A stretch of DNA of 61,690 nucleotides from a virus (taxonomy: Duplodnaviria; Caudoviricetes): IMG/VR virus record IMGVR_UViG_3300029986_000019, positions 1 to 61,690 of that record. One strand, written 5' to 3'. The notes beneath the pieces were generated by a model. The model searched no databases. It worked only from the letters and a program-made list of their open reading frames with translations, and was not told where the DNA came from. Below are positions 26,979 through 36,600 of this stretch, piece by piece. Made by a program: the position numbers and the translations under genes. Within the stretch, counting starts at the first letter, position 1, and every line of letters begins with the position of its first letter.

Positions 26979-27389
26979 CTAAGCAGTTTTTACACTACCA
27001 TCGTCATCAATGTCATCGGCTGTTAGGTGAGAGACTAGGCTATTGGCTGGATCAGCAGCATTAGCAGCAGGAGTTACTCCACGTTTAGGAGGATCTATGA
27101 TTGCTGCATGAAGATCCGTAAACGATAGGTTCTTTACTTGTGTAACACTAGCACTTAGCCCATCTATTAGCTCATGCAGTTCTGGTTGAGCATCACCATA
27201 CAACTCTATAGTCTTCGCTTTAATAGCTGCTACTTTGGTTTCCCAATCTGCAATCACAAGTTTGGTAGCTGCTTCACCGTTCATAAACTCTGTTTTAGCT
27301 TTAGCCACAGCAGACTTTAGATCGTTAAATACAGTAAGTGGAAGTTTTACTTCAGGGTCTGGCGTATTTGTTGGTTCAACGGGCGGCAT
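26979..27389 (-). CDS. Hypothetical late protein (coiled-coil)
   Basis: 136 aa, last gene of the late operon. Confidence 0.65.
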   Translation of the reverse strand: MPPVEPTNTPDPEVKLPLTVFNDLKSAVAKAKTEFMNGEAATKLVIADWETKVAAIKAKTIELYGDAQPELHELIDGLSASVTQVKNLSFTDLHAAIIDPPKRGVTPAANAADPANSLVSHLTADDIDDDGSVKTA

Positions 27390-27446
27390 AGAGATCCTTC
27401 TTTCTGGGAGTAAATAGAGTATGATATTATATCATACCCAGAGAAA

Positions 27447-27698
27447 CTACACGGTGCCTTCCGGCGCGGTCGTCGGAGTAGGTCCAGTAGTTATATTGTT
27501 TACAGTGGTGGTAAGTGATGGTGTCTGGTTCGCTATAGCATTGTCAAGTGCCTTATGTGCAAACTCTGGAGGTATACTGTTTGCTGTACTGTTAGTTAAA
27601 TCACTATTTGATTTAAGCAACTTTACTATAGTGTAGATGGTGCTAGCTATTCCTGCTACTATCATTAGGGTTTGGTCAACTGCTTGTGGTGTCCACAT
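27447..27698 (-). CDS. Small single-TM protein (lysis-module candidate)
   Basis: N-terminal hydrophobic helix; adjacent to the holin. Confidence 0.55.
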   Translation of the reverse strand: MWTPQAVDQTLMIVAGIASTIYTIVKLLKSNSDLTNSTANSIPPEFAHKALDNAIANQTPSLTTTVNNITTGPTPTTAPEGTV

Positions 27699-28275
27699 TT
27701 TGTTCTTTCCTTTCTACCAATACTTTAGGTCTATGTAGTGGTATAGTTTCTGTCTCAGAGAAATGTATCTCTGGTTCTCGGGGATCGTTAGATATAATGG
27801 CAGTGTGCCTAACTACAGTTTGTCCTGGGTCAGGCTTATCACTACCGGGGTTATGGTATGATATGTCAAATCCCGGAGCTATAACGGATAGGAACTTATC
27901 AAGTAACCCCATAGGTAGCCCAGAGTATTGTTGCATCTTGATTAGTTTCTCTACATGAGAAGAAACTTCACAAGCAATTATGATACCTAAAGTAAAGACT
28001 TCAGTTTGGTAGTAACCAAATAGTATAGTTGCTAGACAAGACAGGATTACACATACATAGTATATACCTATCTTACTGCACCACTTTAATCTCATCCTAC
28101 TTGATCTAAACTCTTTACATACCCATGAAGTTACAACTCCAAAAAAGAAATCTGAGACTGTTAGCCAAAAAGCAAAGAAGGCCATAGTCTTTATTTCTAC
28201 AGGAGTTGTATGTATAAAGGCTACTATACCGGGTAGTGTAAATATCACAAAGTTTTGTCTCATAAGTACTCCCAA
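27676..28275 (-). CDS. Holin (phage holin 4-like)
   Basis: Multiple TM helices; DFFFGV..EFRSSRM..K, and EVSSHVEKL..G.P (cf. D..TG..SS..E..SI.EN). Confidence 0.7.
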   Translation of the reverse strand: MGVLMRQNFVIFTLPGIVAFIHTTPVEIKTMAFFAFWLTVSDFFFGVVTSWVCKEFRSSRMRLKWCSKIGIYYVCVILSCLATILFGYYQTEVFTLGIIIACEVSSHVEKLIKMQQYSGLPMGLLDKFLSVIAPGFDISYHNPGSDKPDPGQTVVRHTAIISNDPREPEIHFSETETIPLHRPKVLVERKEQNVDTTSS

Positions 28276-28283
28276 AGAGTTAA

Positions 28284-29081
28284 TTAAAAAGCTGCTGAAT
28301 TAGTTGTAGTCCAACTAATAATATCAACATCTAAGAAAGGAAAACCACCACCGGTAAGACACAAACCTCCGAATGCAATACTGTTAGGAGTAACGTATGC
28401 ACTTACCAATTGGCTATATAGATTATGCCAGTTACTTCCATCAAGTGAGATATCATAGTAGAGTGTAGTTCCATCATTCCTTAATCTCATCCATGTAGCT
28501 GATGTATCTGGCCCTCTCCATGTAGTTCCTGGGGACTGATACACTATAGTACCACCACTAGTAGGATTTGGGAAGTTTCTTACAGTCCATGCACGGACAC
28601 TACCTGCTTGTGTAAGAAACTCAAACCCTGATAGATCACCAGAGCCTGTATCATAAAAATATATACCAGAAGCTTGAGAGTTAAAATTAGACATTATAGA
28701 GGAAATACATACTACTAAACTATAGGGTGGAGTAGGTGCTGCCTTATATAGTAATCTCCAATCCAGACTAGACCCTGAGTCTGGTATACTCATTAGTAGA
28801 GTACTTCCATTATTAGAGGCTACTGCTCCGCCTTGATTTAGCCAAGTAAAACTAGACAATATAGGGGGAACATACGGGCTAATAGCTCCTACTATTACCC
28901 ACGTTGGAGTAGTAGCTACTAGTAACCATAGTGTTTGTGTATCTATTTGGTAAGCTACTTTTAATACATCTCCTGATACAAACCCTGTAGCTGCTAATCT
29001 TGTTGTTGCGTCTGCGTATTGCCAGTTAGGGACTATATGTATATCTCCTAAAGGTTGTGCATCATGATACGATGTAGACAT
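28284..29081 (-). CDS. Putative receptor-binding / tail fibre protein (ConA-like C-terminus)
   Basis: Directly after the central tail-tip gene; WMRLRNDGTTLYYDISLDGSNW lectin-like strands. Confidence 0.6.
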   Translation of the reverse strand: MSTSYHDAQPLGDIHIVPNWQYADATTRLAATGFVSGDVLKVAYQIDTQTLWLLVATTPTWVIVGAISPYVPPILSSFTWLNQGGAVASNNGSTLLMSIPDSGSSLDWRLLYKAAPTPPYSLVVCISSIMSNFNSQASGIYFYDTGSGDLSGFEFLTQAGSVRAWTVRNFPNPTSGGTIVYQSPGTTWRGPDTSATWMRLRNDGTTLYYDISLDGSNWHNLYSQLVSAYVTPNSIAFGGLCLTGGGFPFLDVDIISWTTTNSAAF

Positions 29082-29091
29082 TGATTATTCC

Positions 29092-31272
29092 TTAGCTAAT
29101 GAATATTTGATTTCCTGTTGATCTTTGAATTACAAAAGAACCTGTTGATCTAGTTACTAATGGTGTACCACCTGACGGTATATCCACCCATCCTGTACTT
29201 GTTAGTATTCTCCCGTCACTAGCTGGTGAAGCTATAAGTACACTCTGTGGTGTTACTGTTGTAGGGTCTATCCTATCCGGTACTACTTTGATTAGAACAA
29301 CTTGACCTATTAGGTTTGAACTAACGTTTATTCTAGCTATATTGTTTGTAATACTCACAAACATATCAGAACCAGTATGGCCTGTAGACACAGTTCCTTT
29401 TTGTGCTCTAAGTAAATAAGATAGAGTATAGTTATTAGCTGAAGTTAGAGTAGCATCAGTGTAAGCAAATAGTTCATAGTTACCTAAGTTAGACACTGAC
29501 TGATCTATTGCAGTAACTAAACCATAGGTACCTATTCCTGACAATCCTTCATGTTCACTACTTGATGTAAGAGTACCATTGACATTTACACCTACAGTGT
29601 CAGTTATGTCAAATCCATAACCATCTAGAGTTCCTGGCCCTGCTGCTAGTGTACTTGTACAGTTACCAAATACTGTCTTAGTAGTGACACTACCTATACT
29701 ATAGTATGTAGTACCTCCATCTATAGACATTAGTACACTGCCGTTGACCCATTCTCTAAATATATTTCTAACCATTGGTTGAGCAGACACTACATAGATA
29801 CCTGCACTTATGCCATCAGTCTTGTTTATCTCTAGTCCAGACCATGCAAAGAAGTCTAAAGGTACGGGTGTACTTGTAGCTACACCACCTGACGGAGCCG
29901 TAACACTAGTTATAACAGGAATAAGTAAAGTCTCATCATCAGGTAGGAACTTACATTTAATCTCGCCGGGTAATCCTGCTTCTGCTTCAATAACCCTAGC
30001 TCTAACCAGAGTTCCTTCTACATCAGTCTGTAGCATGATAACGTCTGAAGCAATAAGTGCTGCCCATTTAGGCATTAGATTTCCAGCGTACTTAACTCTT
30101 TCCACCCATGCAGTGTAGATAACCCTGTTAGCAAGTTGTACAGCTTCATTATCTGTAAGAGTTAAAGGATAAGACTGACTTACGTATAGATTAGACTTAG
30201 CTGATTGACGTATGGCACTTTGTGTGGCTTGTTGAAAGTCTATTGTTGGGGAGTAGTATGCGACATCTACTCTCTGGGGTAAAATTAGATCATCTGCTCT
30301 AGTCTTTATAAGTCTCTGAGTACTTGGGGACATCCCTGATCCTATAGTTTGTGCTCCAAGATCGTCAAAAGTTATTGTAGCTACCGGGTCCATACCTCTA
30401 GGCACAGCTTTTACTTTTCCATCAACATCAATCAAGTCTACAGTATAGGCATCAAGTATAGGTTGTATTCCTGATTTACCATCAATCCTAGAGGCTGATA
30501 TAAGTCCTGTAACTGGTATCGCAGTAACTAGAGTTACATCTAGCTGTGTTGAAGGGTTTACTCCAAGTTGCCTAACAATATCAGTTATGACTTGAGATGC
30601 ATAAGTAACTCCTGAACTTAACTCTACAGAGAAGTTAGGGATGCTATCACCAAAACTAGTAAGCAGCATATCCTGTATGACCATATAGTTTAGGCCACGG
30701 AATGCAGGATTATCTGTACCAGCAGGAAGCATAGTGTTTCCAGCAGTACTAATTATCAGAGGATCAGCAAGTTGTGTTTCTGTTCCTTGATAGAAACGTG
30801 GTGTTATTATGTTATCAGCAGAGGGTTGATTTACATCATAAACAACTATATTGTCAGCGTATATTTTTTGAACAGTGTTTAGAGTATTAGGTTCACCTGT
30901 ACATAAAGCAATTGCTAAAGACACTGTATAAGTATAAACTCTAGTTGTTACTGTAGGTCCACCACTACCTCCACCACCTGAGTGTTGATCCTGTTCGTGT
31001 TCAATAAGATCTGTTCCCCAGATCATACAACCCGGAACCCTAGTCTTCCCCCAACACTGAGGTATTGAACTACCATAAGCAGCAGTAGTCACTCTAAGAT
31101 CATTAGTGCGTCCCATATCAGCAGTGTAGTAGTGCTGCATTGACTGATCTACTACTGCACCTACAGTAGACCCTATAGACCAACCAAGCATAGCACCTTT
31201 AGCTGCACCTGCCGGTCCTGCTATTGCTGCACCGCCTATTGCACCTACGATACCTAAGACTATAGTTGCCAT
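29092..31272 (-). CDS. Central tail-tip protein (RcGTA megatron / Phage-tail_3 type)
   Basis: AYGSSIPQCWGKTRVPG, YTYTVSLAIALCTG, PAFRGLNY, LP.RVDVAY, YTLSYLLRAQKGT. Confidence 0.85.
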   Translation of the reverse strand: MATIVLGIVGAIGGAAIAGPAGAAKGAMLGWSIGSTVGAVVDQSMQHYYTADMGRTNDLRVTTAAYGSSIPQCWGKTRVPGCMIWGTDLIEHEQDQHSGGGGSGGPTVTTRVYTYTVSLAIALCTGEPNTLNTVQKIYADNIVVYDVNQPSADNIITPRFYQGTETQLADPLIISTAGNTMLPAGTDNPAFRGLNYMVIQDMLLTSFGDSIPNFSVELSSGVTYASQVITDIVRQLGVNPSTQLDVTLVTAIPVTGLISASRIDGKSGIQPILDAYTVDLIDVDGKVKAVPRGMDPVATITFDDLGAQTIGSGMSPSTQRLIKTRADDLILPQRVDVAYYSPTIDFQQATQSAIRQSAKSNLYVSQSYPLTLTDNEAVQLANRVIYTAWVERVKYAGNLMPKWAALIASDVIMLQTDVEGTLVRARVIEAEAGLPGEIKCKFLPDDETLLIPVITSVTAPSGGVATSTPVPLDFFAWSGLEINKTDGISAGIYVVSAQPMVRNIFREWVNGSVLMSIDGGTTYYSIGSVTTKTVFGNCTSTLAAGPGTLDGYGFDITDTVGVNVNGTLTSSSEHEGLSGIGTYGLVTAIDQSVSNLGNYELFAYTDATLTSANNYTLSYLLRAQKGTVSTGHTGSDMFVSITNNIARINVSSNLIGQVVLIKVVPDRIDPTTVTPQSVLIASPASDGRILTSTGWVDIPSGGTPLVTRSTGSFVIQRSTGNQIFIS

Positions 31273-31277
31273 AAAGT

Positions 31278-31751
31278 TTAATCCTGTGTGAGTACATTAA
31301 TGAACCATACAGAGTGTATATTGTCCCACCACTCATCTATCATTAATGTCTCAGTAACTTTCCTAACTGCCGGAGAGTTCCATGCGTGTACTATAGTGTC
31401 TTTATCAGTATAGTATGCAGCATGGTGGTACATATACCCTGATTGCCTAAAGTTTGGTTGCCGCAAAAGTATTAGGTCGCCTTCTCTGGGAATAGTTTTA
31501 TTTACTTTGTATGAGCCGCGATGTCTACAGGCTAGTACAGGATCATTAGACATCACCGTATCTACATAGTTTATCTGATCTGCTCTACTGTTGTATCTTT
31601 CAGGCTCTAGAATGTTTATTCCAAGTTCACTAGCAGCACAAACTATTAACCCTATACAGTCTATACCTGCACCTTTAACTCTTTGGTTGTTCTCAAAAGG
31701 AGTTCCTATGTACTCTCTGACTTTGTTAGTCATGTCTCTAACTGTAGGCAT
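31278..31751 (-). CDS. Tail-associated NlpC/P60 peptidase
   Basis: YIGTPF..RVKGAGIDCIGL..HAA..IVHA. Confidence 0.85.
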   Translation of the reverse strand: MPTVRDMTNKVREYIGTPFENNQRVKGAGIDCIGLIVCAASELGINILEPERYNSRADQINYVDTVMSNDPVLACRHRGSYKVNKTIPREGDLILLRQPNFRQSGYMYHHAAYYTDKDTIVHAWNSPAVRKVTETLMIDEWWDNIHSVWFINVLTQD

Positions 31752-32959
31752 TAGTTTGCTCCTGGGTTAACAGAATACCCTGTAGTTAACAGATAGTCGT
31801 TACCGGGTACATAAGGTTCACCATGGAAGTTGACAAGGTTGTTGAACTTTCCTCTACACTGTGTGGATTGTCTATTACACCCCGCTTGTATAGTGAATGT
31901 GTCCGCAATGCTCACTCCAAACGGCATAGGCTGTACTAGAGTTATTTGCATCACTGTTCCACCAGATGTAGTTACTAGACACTCTGATGCAATTCCTATT
32001 GTTGTTCCGCCAGTTAGTAGAGTTCCATCCCCAACAAATATAACAAACAATCCAGCTAACAACCCTATAGGTGTTATTGTGTATGGCCCTCTTGCTGATC
32101 CTGTGACAGTTACATTACCTACTCCAACATTCGTGAGTGCCTCTAGAGCGGCCTGTACGGTACTTCCCACAGCGTTGTAAGGTATTGGGGCAGTAGTTTG
32201 GGGTACCCCACCTGTTGAAGCTGTCAGCGTGAAAGTCCCTGCTGTTGGACTTCCATACAACGTAGCTATACAAACACCATTAGACACTGAAGATTTTACT
32301 TCCATCATAAGGTTGTGATTAGATCCACCACCTGCACCTAAAGAGTTGAAGATAATCATTCCGTAATCATAGTAACCAGTAATGTTGGTGTCACTAAAGG
32401 TTATTATTCTTTTCCCAGAAACAGTACTCACCATTCCGCTAAACGTAAAATCTCCAATGATTACTTTGCACTGTCCATCACCTAGTTGCTTAACCCTACA
32501 CATTGGGCTTATTACATCCCCAAATGTTTGATTTAATCTCTGTCCCAGAGAATTAATGGCAACCGTCAATTGACCTTCTGCATAGTCTACACTTCCTGTG
32601 TATCCAACAAGGTCTATGATAGGCCCCATTGTGATATCAAAAGGATTAACTCTAAACACTGTCCAGTAAGCCATATCGTATCGACCAGCATCTATATCAG
32701 CTTCAGTAATATAGACACTATCTATAGCGGCTATAATATCCATTTGATCTGTGGTTAGATCAGAGTTTCCTTTAACTCCTGATGGTGACATTGATATTGC
32801 TGGAAGATATGTGTTACTGTCACTATAAAGTACAGGCACATCCCATGATGTAAAACAAAGAGTTACGCCATCTGTTCTCTCTATCTTTATTAGTGTTGTA
32901 AGTGTCACAACTCTTTTGGCAAGATGAGCAAGCATTGGTCCCGATATATCTCTGGGCAT
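31751..32959 (-). CDS. Baseplate hub (DUF2163 / BR0599-type) with an inserted domain
   Basis: IERTDG..FTSWD; CR..LGD.QC; AGCNRQSTQCRGKFNNLVNFHGEPYVPG. Confidence 0.85.
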   Translation of the reverse strand: MPRDISGPMLAHLAKRVVTLTTLIKIERTDGVTLCFTSWDVPVLYSDSNTYLPAISMSPSGVKGNSDLTTDQMDIIAAIDSVYITEADIDAGRYDMAYWTVFRVNPFDITMGPIIDLVGYTGSVDYAEGQLTVAINSLGQRLNQTFGDVISPMCRVKQLGDGQCKVIIGDFTFSGMVSTVSGKRIITFSDTNITGYYDYGMIIFNSLGAGGGSNHNLMMEVKSSVSNGVCIATLYGSPTAGTFTLTASTGGVPQTTAPIPYNAVGSTVQAALEALTNVGVGNVTVTGSARGPYTITPIGLLAGLFVIFVGDGTLLTGGTTIGIASECLVTTSGGTVMQITLVQPMPFGVSIADTFTIQAGCNRQSTQCRGKFNNLVNFHGEPYVPGNDYLLTTGYSVNPGAN

Positions 32960-32970
32960 AATGTATGTTC

Positions 32971-33657
32971 CTATCCAAAGGTTAGTTGTATCTCTTGGAG
33001 TTTAATTGACTTCCACTCCATGACATCAAAATCTACCCATGCAGCATCTTGATCGTCTACATCAAAGCGTGTAGGTTGATCCCAACTACCATACCATTCA
33101 AAAGTATGTCCTGTCTGATCTGAAGCAAAAGTTACTATACCTTTAGTTACGTCTAAAGTCCAGTTACTAGCTGAAGGCCATGGAGTTGGTGAACCATCAC
33201 GATATAAATAGAATGGTACTGAACCATCACCTGTAGTTCCACCCATAGAGTTTATATCAGGTTTAGTAATCAGTACTGTTTCAGGATCACCAAACTGTGT
33301 ACGTATATGTGTTAACTGCATGGAAGTACCTGAAGTATAGCCTGGAATACTTTCTGGCGCTTGTATCCCTCCAACACCTGCATCGGAACTTGTATAGTAC
33401 TCTCTTAGGTTTCTGTATCGCCACCCTACACTCTTGCCTTTAGCTGCTGCCCAAAAAGCAGTTATGGCTTTCATTTCATTCTTACTTCTCTGGGAAAGAT
33501 CTAATTCTGTTTTCCAATAACCTCTAGATGTTTGTGGGAATGTAGTATCTAGGACAGAAGGGTTAGTGACAACTATGCTGATGTAGGATAGTCCGCCTTT
33601 AGATCCACTTATCCTAGTAACTAGTTGCATCTCAAGAAAATCATATATAGCCATCAC
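32971..33657 (-). CDS. Distal tail protein (DUF2460-like)
   Basis: AFW.AAKGK..GWRY; ITKP; DVTKGIVTF; PTRFD.D; I.L.EI; directly after the tape measure gene. Confidence 0.75.
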   Translation of the reverse strand: MMAIYDFLEMQLVTRISGSKGGLSYISIVVTNPSVLDTTFPQTSRGYWKTELDLSQRSKNEMKAITAFWAAAKGKSVGWRYRNLREYYTSSDAGVGGIQAPESIPGYTSGTSMQLTHIRTQFGDPETVLITKPDINSMGGTTGDGSVPFYLYRDGSPTPWPSASNWTLDVTKGIVTFASDQTGHTFEWYGSWDQPTRFDVDDQDAAWVDFDVMEWKSIKLQEIQLTFG

Positions 33658-33670
33658 TAACCTCTCTATA

Positions 33671-36600
33671 CTATGGTCTAATTAGCTTCAGTGCTTGTTG
33701 TCGTTGAGTAGCTGCTGAGGATCTAAACCCTCTAATGTCAGGAGTAGTAATGTATTGGTTAACAGTATTGTTAGTCACATTCATACCACCACCAATGCCA
33801 GATGCACCATTAGCAGCTATCATACCCTTTAGCCCTTTAGCAAGTGGTACAGGTAGTACTACTTCTTTGGGCTTAAGCATTGCAGGGTATACATCTCCAA
33901 GTCCCTCCATGCCGGGAACTTCCCATCCATTAGCCGCTGTAGGTATTCCCATGAATGGTGGTGTAGACCCTCCACTAGTTCCACCACTTTTAGCACTACC
34001 CCCGGCTATACCTAACACAGCACCTATACCTGAAGATACTGCTCCCCAGAAACCTCCACCACCTGAACTAGACCCTAGACCAGATAAACCCTTTTGCAGT
34101 AACTGCATTAATTGAGACTGTATATAGGCCATAGCAATCTTCTGTAGTGTCTTCACAAATGTTTGGTATATACTATCAAAGATACGTGTAAACACTGCAC
34201 CAAATGAGTTACCCATTTGGTTTAGCTGATCTTGTGTCTTTTGTATCTGCTGTTGTATCTGCTGTATTCTCTGGGTATAGGGATCATTTGCATCATTAGG
34301 GTATGATTGTTTCCATTGTAATTGCTGCATCTGATACTGCATCAACTGAGACTGTTCATCGTACTTCTGTGTTTGCAATTGTCCTGTAGCTTGTGGGTTA
34401 CCAAATAGTCCAGCCTGTAGACCTCCCATTATAGCCTCTACACTACCACTAAGTAAAGTTTGTCGCGCTTGTTCTGCTACTGCTAAAGCAGCTTCAGCAT
34501 TAGTTACTTTCTTTATAGCAGCTTCATGGTCTAGTATAGCTTGACTATCTGCCCCTAGAGAATTTATGAAGGACTTACCTTCAGGACTGTTTTCCCATGC
34601 TGCTACTGCTTGATCACCAGAACTAGAATAAAGTCTATTCATATTCTGTTCACCACTCAACTTGTCTGTCATAGTTTGTGTGGATAACTGAAGATCTGAT
34701 TTCTGTTGAGCTACAGTGTAGGCTCTAATCATGTCTTCAGTACTACTTATAGCAGTGTCAGCAGCATCACCTAAGTTCTTACGTATGCTAGCAATCGCAA
34801 CAGAGTTTGTGTTAGCCCATTCATCTACTGCTTTCTGAGCAGGATTGTACATGTCTGATAGGGCAAACTTTAGACCTTCTGTACCTTCTTTTACTTTCTG
34901 TATCTCAGACATTATAGGGTCATAAGAACTTTGCGCCTCAGTCTGGTTAGCATTAGCCCTTATCTGATCTTCTACTTGTCCACCGCCACTAATAGGATTA
35001 GTCTTATGGTACTCATCTACAGCTTCTTGTCCGGCATCATATAGTGAAGGGTTGTACTTCTTATTAAAATCAGAGATTGCCTTCTCATGTGCAGCCTTTA
35101 GATCCCTTAAGAACTTTTCATCCTCAGTGTTTAGTTGCTGTTGAGCACCTTGTAAGAATACCTTCTGAGCAGGTGAAGAACCATCACCCATTTGCATCCA
35201 CTTATCTACCCCACCGGCATCGCCCACAGCAGTCTTTAGGGCTTTATTTTCTGGGAGTGATAATCTATCATCATATTGCGCTTTTACTAAGGCAGCATGA
35301 GCTATAGTGTTTGCGTTAGCTACTTCTATACTTTCAGAGAATACTTTAAGTTTCTCTTGTGCTTCAGTAAGCCCATCAGCAAGTTTCTTACCTACAGTAC
35401 CTAGTTGTTTCCACATGTCTTGAGTAATGCCCGGTATATTAGACATTAGGTTCTTAAGCCATGTAGGGGTAGGGTCTTGTGCTTTATCAAGAGCACTTGA
35501 AGCTTTATCTGTTATGTTTTCTGCGTACTTTGCATGAGAAGCAGCATCTAACTGATTGGCTACACCCTCTAGTACTTTTGCATGAGCAGGAGTATTCACT
35601 GGACCTAGTTTGTGATGAAGGTCAAACATCGCACTGTCTAGATAGTTGCTGCTATCAAAAGGTTGAGCCTTAACCTTTAGAGCAAGTATCTTTTCTAGCT
35701 TAACTATCTCATCATTATATTGAGTAAGTGCTTCTTTCTTTTGTTTAGCAAGTTCTTTTGCATCAGTCAGTGCAATCTTTTGATTAGCATTGAACTTATC
35801 TAAGTAGTCAGGAGTAACAGGATTAACTCCGCCACTAGTATTAGATGTATCAGAGCCAGTATAGTATTTATTGAGTAATGCTTCAGCATCCAATTGGTGT
35901 TGATCATAACGTTTAGGGAATGCAGATACTTGCACTTTCTGAGCATTTTCACCCGGTGTTTTGCTGCTATCCCACCCAGGTATTAAATGCCTATAGTATG
36001 ATGCTGCTGATTTAGCAGGGTCCATCATATCAGCAACACTACCCCATTTGTCTGTCTCACCTGCACGTTGCTGAAACACACCTACACTGTCATGATCATT
36101 ATGCTTACCGAGATTAGGCAAGTTCTTTAAGTTACTCTCAACTATACCAGTCTCTATAGCAGATAGTATCTGTGCTTTAGTAGCCCCCATCTTTTCGCCA
36201 GTCTCTACTATAGTCTGGGCTATACTACTCGAACTATCAGACCCCGTATAAGTAGGTGCAGACCTTAGATCAAGTTGTTTAAGTTCATTGTATGTAGATA
36301 GAGTACTGTTAAGTTGAGCAAGTCTATCCTGAACCTTTTGCATATTGCCTTGAAGTTCATTATTCCTTTGCCCTGCCGGAGTAGAGTATTGGGCTTGCAT
36401 CTTAGTAAGGTCTGCCTGATAAGCAGCTATCTTACCTGTAATGTCTGTAATTCTAGTATCCAAAACACTAGTATTACCTGTCCCCATATTAGCTTTAATT
36501 TGACTTAACTCTGTGATGAAGTATTGATCCTGAGCATCTCTGTTCTTCACATTGTCAGGCATGGTGCGGAAACGATAGGTAGACTGATCACTGGCTAGTT

